28,130 bases of DNA from Chlorokybus atmophyticus (taxonomy: Eukaryota > Plantae > Mesostigma and Chlorokybus algae), in assembly GCA_009103225.1 (NCBI GenBank), contig RHPI01000385.1:611921-640050 (forward strand), in the 5' to 3' direction. Positions within the stretch are counted from its first letter, which is position 1. Every line of letters begins with the position of its first letter. This document shows positions 1 through 10,539 of the stretch, piece after piece. The notes under the pieces were generated by a model. It searched no databases and was not told the origin of the DNA. It saw nothing but the letters and a program-made list of their open reading frames with translations. The translations under genes and the position numbers were made by a program.

Positions 1-189
1 GCCGCAGCCTCAGGCGCCACCTGCGCCGCCCGGCCAAGTTCCGCCGCAGCAGCTCGCCGACTGCGTCGTCATGGACGCCGGCCTGGGAGAGGGCGCGCAG
101 CCGCAGCAGGAGCGGGAGCCCTGCCAGGCGCCAGGCGCCGGCCCCAATCCTCCCACCGCTCTCCCCCACCACCGGAGGCAACGTCACGC

Positions 190-1451
190 GTGCCTCAACC
201 AGCCCCTCCGGCAGCGCCGCCTCTTTCGTGCCAGCCCCCTCCTCCTCTCCCCCAGGGCGGAGCAGCGCCTCCGGCTCCCGCAGCTCCCGCATGGCCACCC
301 TGCGCGCAGCCCGGCGCGCAGCTCAGCGATGCAAACAGGAGTTTTCCGTTGCAGTTAAGGCATTCGTGGCCCTCACTGCAGCCACAGAAAGCTACATTGC
401 CCTATATTCCAGTGATGAAGAGGCGTGCTCCGAGTAGCGCTGACGCTGCTCCCTCCCCGCCCAACCTCCGTGAGCTCATCAACACGGTGGTCAACGTACC
501 CGGGCTTAGCGGGGAGTGATTGGTAGCCCGTGTTGACAGCGTTGAATACCCCACCCTAGGTACCCTCAACACCACAATCCTCCCCTCGCAACTCAGAGCG
601 CATGTGCCCGCATTGTGCGTGCTTCTCGTAGTTGCACCAGCACACACGCCCCCACCACCTCTGGCAGCGAAGAATGTGATTGTCAAAAAACGGCATGGTG
701 CTCGCGCCAAATGGTATTCACGTCACACAATTCACCCGCACCTCCCACTACATACGCGTGCGACAAAACATCGTCAACCGCATCACCAACGACACAATCG
801 TGCGAGGTCTACTCAGCATGTGGCGTCGTTCTGAGCTTGTCACCGACTCCAAGTATCCGCTGATGGCGGCATACGTACATGTCATGTTAGAAGCAAGCTT
901 GTACCGAGAGTTTGGAGAAGACAACGCTGCCACTTTCAGCGAGGATTGCGCGCGCATGTTGGAGGCAGCCAAAACCAAGTTGTCCACATCCTATACCGAG
1001 GCTCGTCTGATCGACGAGGTCTTGGGATTGTATAGTGAAGTCAGGTTCACAGCAGCCCAGCATCGCAGCCAGTTTCAACACATGGCCAGGTATTTGTGTT
1101 GATTCCGGGCGGCCCGGTGCATAGTGGCCAGCTTGCCGTGCCCTTGTGCCAATGCTGCAACGCGCGGTCGGTACAGCTGCTCGTGAGCTGTTCTGGCGCT
1201 GCGCATGTGACCAGCAACACCGCCTTATGTTCGCATCATTCTAGCCATGCTTTGATGCTGCGTGCTTGGGATTGTTGGCGGCAAGGATGCTAGCCAGCGT
1301 GACTGCAGACGCGACACCATTGCTCCCACACCGTCAAATGAAGACCGTCGCCATGAGCAACACCAGCATCACGCAGCTGGTGGCCGGCAATAAGACAATC
1401 GACCTCCATTACAAAACGCTGCTGGCCCTCTCGAAGATCGCGTGTGAGTAG
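190..1451 (+). pseudogene. Degenerate ORF1 (gag position) of DIRS element 1; no recognisable domain
   Basis: Chain of ORF pieces 190-519, 520-834, 680-1102 and 1266-1451 separated by single stops or frameshifts upstream of pol; Pro/Ala-rich start. Assigned by position only. Confidence 0.3.
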
Positions 1452-2156
1452 TTGATAAGTATGTGACTTGTTAGCTAGCGATTGCCAGCTTGTATAGCTG
1501 CGCTTGTGCGTGTGTAGTGACTTTCTACCCATTTGTTATACATGTACATATTCGCCCATGCCTCTCTGCTACACATATGCATGCATTCATGCGCCTTGTA
1601 AACGCCTGCTGGCACGCTGGTGTTGCTGACGCGCGGCGGCTGATGCACTGCATGTTAGCGTGCATGCTTGTGCCTCTTGTCTGAGGCCCTGCGCTGCGGG
1701 CACAGCTGCGACGCCTCGGTTGCACGCAGAGACCCTCCGCCTCAGCGCCTGCCTTGGCACGCGCGGTAGACACGCAGCCTGCTTCGAGCTCGCAGGCGCT
1801 GCGTCTCTTATCTGCCAGAATAAGCCTTGACACCGGGCCCTTGGTCAGCAACAGCAGCTGCTGCTGGCCCAGCCAGTTGCAGCATCGGCTAGGTTGCTTC
1901 GGCCTGCTGCTAATCAGCCTGCGCCGCCTCTGACAGAGGTCTGCCAGCCTGACCAGCAGCCTGATGACGCTGCCGACGACCTCACCGGCAGCTGGTGTGA
2001 CGCAGTCGCATCATTCAGCACAGCCAACCTGGAGCGTGCGGAGGAGCTGGCGTTGGAGTTGCTTGCGGAGCAGCCATTGCTGCACGCGGAGCAGCCGCTT
2101 GGCCCGCTCCGCTTGTCCCATCACCATGGGATGCGCAGCGACAGCGACAAGTTGTT

Positions 2157-3260
2157 GTGCAAGTACTTGCACAACCGGACAGCCTGGCGGCTGAGCCCGA
2201 AAAACCCAACTGCTCGGATAGTGCGTGGCTAGAGCAGCTGCGTGGCATCATACACGATACCACTGCGTTTACAGCAGCACTACTAGCGCTGCATGCAACT
2301 GCGTGGGAATGTTGGGTTGAGCGTACTGACCACCCCGCAGCGCGTAAAGTTTTGGCTTGGTTTCGCCAGGGCCTCCCACTACGTTTTGCTGGCACCAGCG
2401 GTGCGGCTAGCAAAAAATGGAAGCAAGTGCGTGCCATGCTAAACGCGGAGGGCTGGGGCTACCAGCAGCGCCAAGCTGCGATGCACAAGCGCACCCCCAC
2501 GCCGGTGCATCTGACCAACACAACGTTTGTAGCCGAGCATGCCTCCTTTGTGCGCGAGGAGCTGCAGAATCTGGTTCGCACAGGTGCTATCACATCAGTG
2601 CGCAAGCAAGCAGGTCAAGTCGTGTTAGGCATGGGCGTAGCGACGCAGCCCAAGCTCAGGTTGGTCATAGATCACCACTATGTTGACATTTTCTTGCCGC
2701 GCATTCCATTCCATTATGAGAAGCTCTCAAACATTCTACACTACACGCGCAAGGGCTCGTGGCAAGCAAACTTTGATATGAAATCGGGCTATCATCATGT
2801 GCCTATCTGACCACAGCACCGCAAGTACCTGTGCATATCATACCAAGGTCAGGTGTTTCGGTGGAATGTGCTTCTTTTCGGCCTAAGCATCGCATGCTAT
2901 GCCTTCACCCTCACGCAGCAGGTCATTTATGGACCATTGCGCATGAGAGGTCTTGACACATTGTCATACATTGATGATATGCACTTGGCCCACCAACGTA
3001 AGCCGCACGTGCGATGGAGGGTCAAGCTGCTCATGCAGCTATTCGCTGCCTTGGGTTTCTTTTTTTGCCTCCCTAAATGCAATCCGCACCCAACCCAACA
3101 ACTCAAGTTACTAGGCCTGTTGGTGGATTCGTACACGGGGGCGTTTGCAATTCCACCCCACAAGTTGCAGCAGCTGGAGGCAGACCTACGCGCACTCCAA
3201 AGCCTGTCTCACATTACAGCCAGACAGCTAGCAAGCGTGGCAGGCAAGCTGATGTCGTAA
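2157..3260 (+). pseudogene. DIRS-type reverse transcriptase
   Basis: One frame with an internal stop at 2808-2810: KLRLVIDHHYVD, FHYEKL, DMKSGYHHVPI, FRWNVLLFGLS, SYIDD, KLLGLLVDS. Confidence 0.93.
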
Positions 3261-3500
3261 AAGCTAGCTATGACTCCGGAGCTGTTGTTTGCTCGCACCC
3301 TGCTTGAGCCCCTCAGCGGCGCTCTCACATGGGATTCTCTCTTCCCCTCGCCAGCTGACACTACGCAGTTCCTCGCCTGGTTGCGGTATCGAATGCGTGC
3401 ATAAGCGGCTCAGGGTTGCGCCTGGTGGAAACCACCAGCGTCAGTGCTGTTGCAAGCCGACGCCTCAGGCACACATGGGTGGGGGGCGGTCACCCTGTGG

Positions 3501-3983
3501 TGTTGAGGATATTCTTGTATCCGGTCAGCTTGCCCTGTGGGCAAGCATAGCCGCGAGAAGATTCAGGCGCGAGAAGGTGCCAATCAAGAAAGGTCCAGGC
3601 GCGGACTTCAATCGAGAAGGTTCTAGGCGCGGAGTCGAGTCCGGAGTCTAAAGACTTCCACTGGACTCCTGGCAGGCGCTGTAGATGAAACGTTGTAGCT
3701 CGGTGGTTACATTATTGTATGGCGCGTTTTATAGCTTGTTGGAAAGCTCTAAAAAGCAGCAACGTGGTGCAACTTAGAATGCAAAAATTGGTTGAGTGTA
3801 GAAGTTGTGGTAACTTCCCGAGTAGACAGGTGCAGAACCAGCGGGTATAAAAGCCCGCGGTGTGACTTTATTGTAATCCTTAAAAACGCCTTTTTTGGAT
3901 CAGCCTTGTGTGTATGCTCTGGTAGAGTGTGTGTGCTTGTGCTTGCACCAACTCCATGCATGATTAGTGTCCAAATCTCAACA
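3501..3983 (+). mobile_element. Solo LTR (family C, probably copia-type), 483 bp
   Basis: Termini TGTTGAG...CTCAACA; flanks TGTGG (3496-3500) and CGTGG (3984-3988) form a 5-bp TSD with one C/T difference; the RNase H frame resumes when the insert is removed; orientation taken from the TATA box. Confidence 0.9.
3846..3852 (+). promoter_or_regulatory. TATA box of solo LTR C
   Basis: TATAAAA about 130 bp from the LTR 3' end. Confidence 0.55.
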
Positions 3984-4290
3984 CGTGGGGACATGTGCAA
4001 GGCAATTTTGCAGCGCCCGAACTGCTGCTGGCGCCGCCTGTCAAAGAAGCGTTAGCATATATTAGAGTGCTGTGCGAGCTAGCGTGTGCAGCCGCACTTG
4101 CAGCATGTGGCCGTCACCTTGCACGGCGACTGCCAGCTAGCGCTGAGTAATTTGCGCAAGCTGACTGCACGCAACTTGTACCTGCGCGCAGAGCTGTACC
4201 AGTTGTGGGAGGTGCTCTGGCAGCAGGATTGGCTGCTGCACTGCTGCTGGCAGCCGGGGGTTTGCCTGCAGGTGGTCAACATGCTCTCGC

Positions 4291-4759
4291 GAGCGCCAGA
4301 CACTGGCGACTGGAGCTTGGCGCCTGCTCCGCGCCTGCTGTGCAGCAGGTGGGGTCAGCCGGTGCTTGACTGCTTCGCCTTCGACATTAACGCCAAGGCA
4401 CCGCTGTTTTATGCTGCGGCGGCCTGCCCGCGAGCAGCAGGCAATGCTCTCACCTCCAACTGGCGTGTCGGCGTTGGAAGCTTGGCTTGTGTGTTCCCCC
4501 CACTGGGTTTGGTCGCGCTGGCTGCGCGGTTGGTGGAGTACCACCGTGGTGCTCCACCAACTGTGACATGCGTGACTGCGTGCTGTTAGTGCCGGAGTGG
4601 GTGCACAAACCTTGGTGGGCTCGACTCATGCACTTGCCCGTGCTTAACACATGGTTCTTCCCACCAGCTACCGTGCCGACTGTGCGAGGGCCTAGAGTGC
4701 CTAGTCATGTGCGTAGGCCAACAGTTTTCACACACGTTGCAATGTTGCTGAAATTTTAA
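4291..4759 (+). pseudogene. DIRS Dam-like methyltransferase (MT) domain, frameshifted near 4570
   Basis: RWGQPVLDCFAFDINAKAPLFY, CPRAAGNAL..NW, VFPPLGL, then VLLVPEWVHKPWWARL; directly follows RNase H, as in DIRS pol. Confidence 0.8.
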
Positions 4760-5834
4760 GCTTCTTACCTGTGTGTAGTGCGTTACCATGTGTGTGGTGC
4801 GCCATGCTCCTTGCCTTTGCATCTGTGCTACGGTCATGCCTGAGGCCTTGCCGAATTGAGCCCCTCCCCTACAAAAGCTGTGCAATGCTACTTCAGTTTG
4901 CACGCCACTGCCTCGTAGATGCTGCTTGAACAATTAATTGGCAGTGGCATAGCTTAGCGGTTGTTCAAGCCATGCGCGTCTGTTGTGATGTAAGCCTTTG
5001 AAAATATGCCCAGTTCTCAAGGGCAGCTCGCACGCGGCAGCTCGAGCTAAGAACTCTCGCAAATTTGTGACGAACTACAACCCTGCACTGACTCGCACAG
5101 GGATGCGTGGTGCTGGTTGATCTTTCCAGTTCTCCGGCGTCACAGGTTGCACAAACACCTCGTTGGGGCTGTGATTGACATTGTCCACGCGCACCTGGCA
5201 GCCCTCCCCACAGCGTTGCCAGGATCTCCACAATTATAAGTACAACATCCGGTCACACATGACCAGCACTTGTGCTACACCGCTCAACTTGGCAGCCCGC
5301 TCGCTCATGTGCACAAGCAATTGTCGTAGTTGCTGCTCAGTCAAGGGCTTAGCCTGTCGAGGCTTTAAGCCATCCGCTACCAACATGCGCTAGTAGCCTT
5401 TCAGGTATTCTTGTGCTTTAAGAGACCTGCCCAGGTTGCCCGATGCCCGCGCTTATGCCACATTGGGCCGTGGTAACACATGTGACCGCTTGGTCGCATG
5501 TGTCACCACGGCCCAATGTGGCATAACCATTGGCCAAGTGCAGCACAACATTGCGCAGTAAGCCAGCCGCAATGCATGGCACCCCAGCACTTGTATTGCG
5601 CCGAGCACGACCAATGTGCTTGGGCAGCCAGTGCCCGTGCAGGTAGGCCCTCACAAAATGAGGGCCTACATCATACGCACTTTCCCATTGGCCTTGCACG
5701 AACCCAGCAAACTCCCACCATGCCGCGCTGCTAGCGTGCTGGTGCTCCACACCAGTGGCATGTGCACTAACTACTTGTGCAGCTGCAAGCGCTGACAGTA
5801 GCTGCTCTCGCCCGTTTTGAGAGCCTGCTTGCAC
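4750..5834 (-). pseudogene. Tyrosine recombinase (YR) of DIRS element 1
   Basis: Manual translation: AAWWEF..VRAYLHGHWLPKH..EYLKGY*..AKPLTE..LWRSWQRCGE (catalytic R)..LHSFCRGG (HxxR box, R to C)..QGAWRT..THY (catalytic Y). Several stops and one frameshift. Confidence 0.88.
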
Positions 5835-5946
5835 TTTATCTTCATGTCCGTGCTCAGTCCGTGCTCAGTGCTGCCACACGTAATGTGTGCCCATAAGCTT
5901 CCACAGCTTGCGTGTGGTGCAAACTTGGCAATGAGTACATGTGTAA

Positions 5947-6089
5947 CCTTGCCTATGCTGTTACCACTGCCTTGATGAGGACACTCATCCACGGATGAGA
6001 CTCACTGCCAAATTTGGATCTAGTCGATCAAGCGACGTCAGGAGCAACATGTGCTCATGATAAACAATTGTTGCAAGCTCGGATGTTGA
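5947..6089. repeat. Diverged direct repeat, copy 1
   Basis: CCTTGCCTATGCTGTTA...CAACATGTGCTCATGATAAACAATTG recurs at 6567-6720; about 12 differences in about 120 bp plus one indel of about 11 bp. Confidence 0.9.
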
Positions 6090-6566
6090 CGCATTGGAGC
6101 TCGCTAGCTAATAGGCTAGGGAGTCTATATAATTCTACCCCCTCCTGCTGCATCAGAGGACGCACAAGAGGGGAGCACGCTGTGCGCACCTCTTGTGCAC
6201 TGTCTTGTCACCAGGCCCTGCGCCGGGCATGGTGCCGCCTTTGCCAGCTGTGTCGGCCTCATGGATGGTAGCCAGAGGCCGAGCAGCTGGCAACCTTGCC
6301 GTGCATGGCAAGACAACTGCTGCTGGCATTGCAGCAGCGATTGTTGTTGTTCTCTGCGACGCTATAAGCGCCATCGTGCTCGCTCAAGTGCACGCCACAA
6401 CCCACCCACTCATCGCCGCCGCTGCCGCCGCCACCACCACCGCTGCTGGCTACTGCCGCAGCTCGGTGGCGGCGCCGGGCTGCGCAGCGCCATCCACGTA
6501 TCGCCTGTATCTCATGTAGCCAAGCGCGCACTGTCAGCCATTTGATGTGCATTTCGCACTGTCTTG

Positions 6567-6720
6567 CCTTGCCTATGCTGTTAGCACTGCCTTTATGAGG
6601 ACACTCATCAACGGCTAAGACTCATTGCCAAAATTTGATCTAGTCGAGCAGGCGACGTGAGGCGCAACATGTGCTCATGATAAACAATTGCTGCAATCGT
6701 GCTGCAAGCTTGGATGCTGT
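6567..6720. repeat. Diverged direct repeat, copy 2
   Basis: Partner of 5947-6089. Confidence 0.9.
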
Positions 6721-8051
6721 GTTGTGTTGCTGATGGCAAAGTGGCTGGTGAAAACGCTCCGCGCCTTAGTTCAAATCGCCAGAGACCCCGCAAATGACCG
6801 TGCACTTGTTCATGGGGCGAGGGGTAATTGAGCTTAGTAAATTACCAAATGAAAGGTTAACTGCCTTATATTGCACTGGCGTCACCGACCCTGGTTTAGT
6901 TTGCGGGGGACCGTGGGACAGTTACGAACTGTTTGAACCAGCTGTTGTCCCCGCATGCAGACCAAGGCTGGGGACCCCGTACCGAACCCTAAACCGCCTG
7001 GGTGTTTTGACCATGGTCCGCAAGTGCGGAATAAGGCGGGTCCACGGAAAGAAATTCCGTGTGTACACAGCTCGACTTGTGCACGCGTGTGTGTATGTGT
7101 TGAACACTACACTCATTACGTGCTTGTGACATGTCGCACAACTGGGGGGAACACATTTTGTGCAACATTAATAGTGCTTTTTCTGTTTTTCAACTCATAT
7201 TTATGTCTCATTGAACGCTTTGAGGCCTCCCACACCTGCTGAGCTATGGGAACTCAATTAACTCCCACGTCTGCTAGCACGATATGGTCATACGCTTCGG
7301 GGCAGCAGAATCTTGGAGTTCCATTAACACACGCCATTGGCGCACATTGAAATTGAAAAGCGGCACTTAATGTGAGTGCGTCCGCTGGGTTTTGAACTTT
7401 TGCTGCGCGAATTTTAGACAAGCGCGCTACCTGCTGCACCACAATCATAAGCAAATGCAATTGAGACAAATGCGTCCCGCCGCGGCAGCCGACACAGCTC
7501 GTGATATTTCACGTAGATTTGCTCATTTAACGTACGACATAGACTACTTGGTAAGGCATTGCGAACTTGATTATGGCGGCCTGGGTGCAAATGTGCGGCT
7601 ACACGCAGCAAGAGTTCCGCAAAAGAGTTTTTTAAATAGCTGCGCCGAGGGTGCGAGTTATTGGACCTCGTGTCGCGAGTTGGGGAAAAATCGTGACAAA
7701 CCTCACCTATGGTTGCGTCTTTTGCTACCATAGTCTCGTGGTCGGAGCCCACTTGTTAAATTTGTAATGGAGCTTCACGTCTCAGATTCCTGTAGGGAAC
7801 TGAGGCAAATCCAAGGGCAAAGAATCGTTTCGAGCGGCTTGCCCTAGGCTGGGCGCAGGTCAACGCGTGCGCGTCGAGCCAGTTTAACCTATGGCCTCAT
7901 GAGCGGTCGCAATGCAATGGCAGGTCGCGCGGTGAGGTTAGCCGCTGCGATTCGATCGGTTATGACCGTTCATAGGCCAGAGCCAAAAGGCCGCGGGCCA
8001 ACTGATTGTCGTACGACCGTGACTACGGTGACGTGAGCTAGTGAGTGCTTC

Positions 8052-8302
8052 TGTTAAATGTTATAGCTTGTTGAAAGTACATGTATAGGCGGCGCCTACA
8101 TGTAGTTGGTACGATCAGCTTAACCTTTATAGTTACGGGAGTTACGAGAGTTATGAGAGTTACGGGAGTTACGGGAGTTACGGCAGTTATGGTCAACCAT
8201 GGTCAACTTTGACTTTGACCGTTGACTTTGACCATTGACTAGTGTTGACTAGTGTTGACTTTGACCAGAGTTGACTAGAGTTGACTAGTGCTTAGTAGCA
8301 TA
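8052..8302 (+). mobile_element. Truncated family-A LTR (first about 250 bp, broken just before the TATA box)
   Basis: Starts TGTTAAATGTTATAGC and matches 10540 onward up to TAGTAGCATA, then joins the DIRS 2 YR sequence. Confidence 0.93.
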
Positions 8303-8541
8303 GGCATGTTTCACAGGTGTCGGGTGGTTGAATCCACCAACCTTGGTCAGGAAAAGGGCCACTGGGCCAGGGTCTGCTGGTAGGGCAGCCCAACCACGAG
8401 GCGTGCAAAACTCCACAAAGCGGCGTCGGTAGCCCTCATGGCCGTGGTGGGTGCTAGTAGCACGTGACGCCGTTGCCATGCCGGGTATAAGGTGCGCTGG
8501 CGCTCAATCTCATAGTCTCCAGGGACATTGGGCATGAGCAA
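8303..8541 (-). pseudogene. N-terminal fragment of the DIRS 2 tyrosine recombinase
   Basis: GYRRRFVEFCTPRGWAALPADPGPVALFL resembles the N-terminal SAM-like region of DIRS YRs; the catalytic part is missing. Confidence 0.72.
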
Positions 8542-8580
8542 CTATAGGCTACGTTCAATAGCAGCTGCACACAGCATGTG

Positions 8581-9021
8581 TTAATGGCCAGGACGCAAGT
8601 CAATCCGCAATGCCCACATGCGACGATTGGGCAAGCCCCCTTGAAGTTCCGTGGCTCGAGGGCTAGGCCACAAGCAGGCTGGGCCTCTGGGTAGGCTTAC
8701 AACATCGGTAACAAATGGTGCCCACACCCCGCCGGGGCAGAGCACGGGCCACCAAGTTTGGGTTGTCCACTCGGGCACAATGAGGCACATGCGAGCCTTG
8801 CATTTGCGGGCATGGCGCAGAACAGTGCCAACACGGTGTGGTGGGGGATGGAACCAGTTGTTGGATTCACTCCAGTCAGAGTGAAAGGCATTGCCGGATG
8901 AGCCCGGACATGGCAACACCGAGTTGAAGGCCACACATACAATGTTGGCATGCGTGGCGAAGCGGTCCACATAAAAAGGGACCCACATGCGGGCGAGCAA
9001 GCGGACCCATGGGGTTTGCAA
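8581..9021 (-). pseudogene. DIRS 2 Dam-like MT domain
   Basis: PFYVDRFATHAN..FNS..CPGSSGNAF..W..NNWFHPPP..LIVPEW..WWP. Confidence 0.88.
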
Positions 9022-9535
9022 GGTCCAACCGTTCCAATTCGCTGCTTAAGAGAGCGCATCCGCCTCCTGACCGAGCTCACGTGGTATCTACTCCACATGC
9101 AAGCGGATGCAATGCCACCGGCGGGTGGCATTGCATCCACTTGTAAGCAAATACGGCATGCCACTTGCTGCAAGTGCTCGGCCTCACTGCCCCCTTTGCG
9201 CATAATGTAGTACACATTGCGGGCATTGCCATAACACATAGCACCGTGCGTCCATGTAGCTCCTCCTCAACAGTGAGTAGGGCACGCTCAAGTCCAAGTA
9301 GCTCGCGATATATTGATAAAGTCAAGCACTCATCTGGTGTGAATGTGCCTTTCACTACGGGGGTAGCTGTGCCATGGCGCACTAGTCCCCAACCGGTGCC
9401 GCTAGTATCCACAAACTGCACTGTGTCCGGCTGCACTGTTGGCCAAACAGGTGCCATGTTCAGCTCCTCAAAGTGGTCTCGCAACCACGTCAACTCATTA
9501 CTCTCCGCCTTGCGCAGCACCATGTGTGAAATCAC
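9022..9535 (-). pseudogene. DIRS 2 RNase H
   Basis: FVDTSGTGWG..GTFTPDE..SIYRELLGL..LHGRTVL; frameshifted towards its end. Confidence 0.85.
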
Positions 9536-10539
9536 AAGAGCGGCGCGTCTTAATCAAGCGGCGTGTATGCCAAGCTATGAGTTTGACTGTAGGCCCTACC
9601 ACTAGGAACATGGATTGTAGCTTGCTACAAATTCTGACCAGCGACTTCACTAAGACATGGCGGCTATCACCAAAAGCACAATGCAGATCTCTGAGGAAAC
9701 CATCTCTCTTCTTGCCGGGAACACGTACAACGCCAGCGTGTGTATCCCACACAACACGCAGGAATACAATTACCCAGCTGAGCACCATTTGCGCCTTGGC
9801 ATTGATCACCAAGACACCATGCTGCATCTGCTTTCACCACGGCTAAGGTGGAGGCATGGGCAGCCTTGGAGCGAGCAACAAACAGGAAATCGTCAATGTA
9901 TGGCAGGACGCGGATGCTTTGTACACGCCAATGGCGCACTAATTGCTTCATCACCTTGTTGAATACCCAAAAAGCTGTGCTCAACCCAAACGGCAACGAG
10001 CAAAAGTTGCACACTTTGCCCGCAAATAAGAACCGCAAGTAGCCCCAGAAGGCGGGGTGGATGTTTACATGATGCTAACTGGACTTCAAGTCCGTGGAGA
10101 ACAACCAGTACTCAGGCTGCAGCACGTCTGAAATGCTGCGCACATCCTCATACTTGAACGGCGTGTTCACCAAGTAGGAGTAGGAGTTAACATAGCGCAA
10201 GTCCATAATAAGGCGCAGCTTGTGGCCATCATCAACCACGTTAAGTGGGCTCACTACGAGAGGGGGTGTCACACACTCTTGTGCGGCCCCACTATGCATT
10301 AGGTTGGCAATAATAGCCGCAGTGAAGTCCGCAAACTCGTGCACACCCTTGAATTGGTGAATGCCCATTCGGGGGGTGGGTCAGTCGCCCATGGTAGACT
10401 CACAAAATTGCCATGCTGGCAGGGCCCCCCGCAAGCGGTGCCTCATGTATGGGCCTTCCACCACCAAATTACTAGGTGCTCGTGCAAACTCATGGTGTTT
10501 CATTCAGTCCTCCACCAACTCCGACTCAATTGAAGTGTA
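9536..10539 (-). pseudogene. DIRS 2 reverse transcriptase
   Basis: VSPLNVV..KLRLIMDLRYVN..FKYED..FSTDLKS; FCSLPFGLSTAFWVFNKVM..VLPYIDDFLF; several frameshifts. Confidence 0.93.

Larger units (their letters stand above)
3261..4290 (+). pseudogene. DIRS RNase H, interrupted by solo LTR 3501-3983
   Basis: LQADASGTHGWGG precedes the insertion; GHVQGNF..VKEALAYI, then (frameshift) LHGDCQLAL..CCWQP follow it. The D, E, D acidic residues are present. Confidence 0.82.
1..6720 (+). mobile_element. DIRS-order (tyrosine recombinase) retrotransposon 1, kangaroo/PAT-like layout, decayed; 5' end probably outside the window, right boundary approximate
   Basis: DIRS-type RT (DMKSGYHH, YIDD), RNase H (ADASG) and Dam-like MT on +; YR on - facing them; diverged direct repeat at 5947-6089/6567-6720. 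Confidence 0.82.

Noticed and set aside
1-437. Pro/Ala/Arg-rich ORFs as a host gene
   Set aside because: Very GC-rich low-complexity DNA open in several frames; more simply the leader or ORF1 of DIRS 1.
6193-6552. Overlapping Ala/Thr/Gly-rich ORFs
   Set aside because: They arise from GCC/ACC low-complexity DNA that lacks stops; no domain evidence.
6985-6995. Telomere-like AACCCTAAACC
   Set aside because: Only about 1.5 units, so not an interstitial telomeric array.
7392-7733. ORF with GGLG, reminiscent of a LINE RT C-terminus
   Set aside because: A four-residue match with no other RT motif nearby.
8132-8290. Regular short repeats resembling a CRISPR array
   Set aside because: The units are 9-10 bp, have no unique spacers and lie inside LTR U3. 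There are no cas genes.
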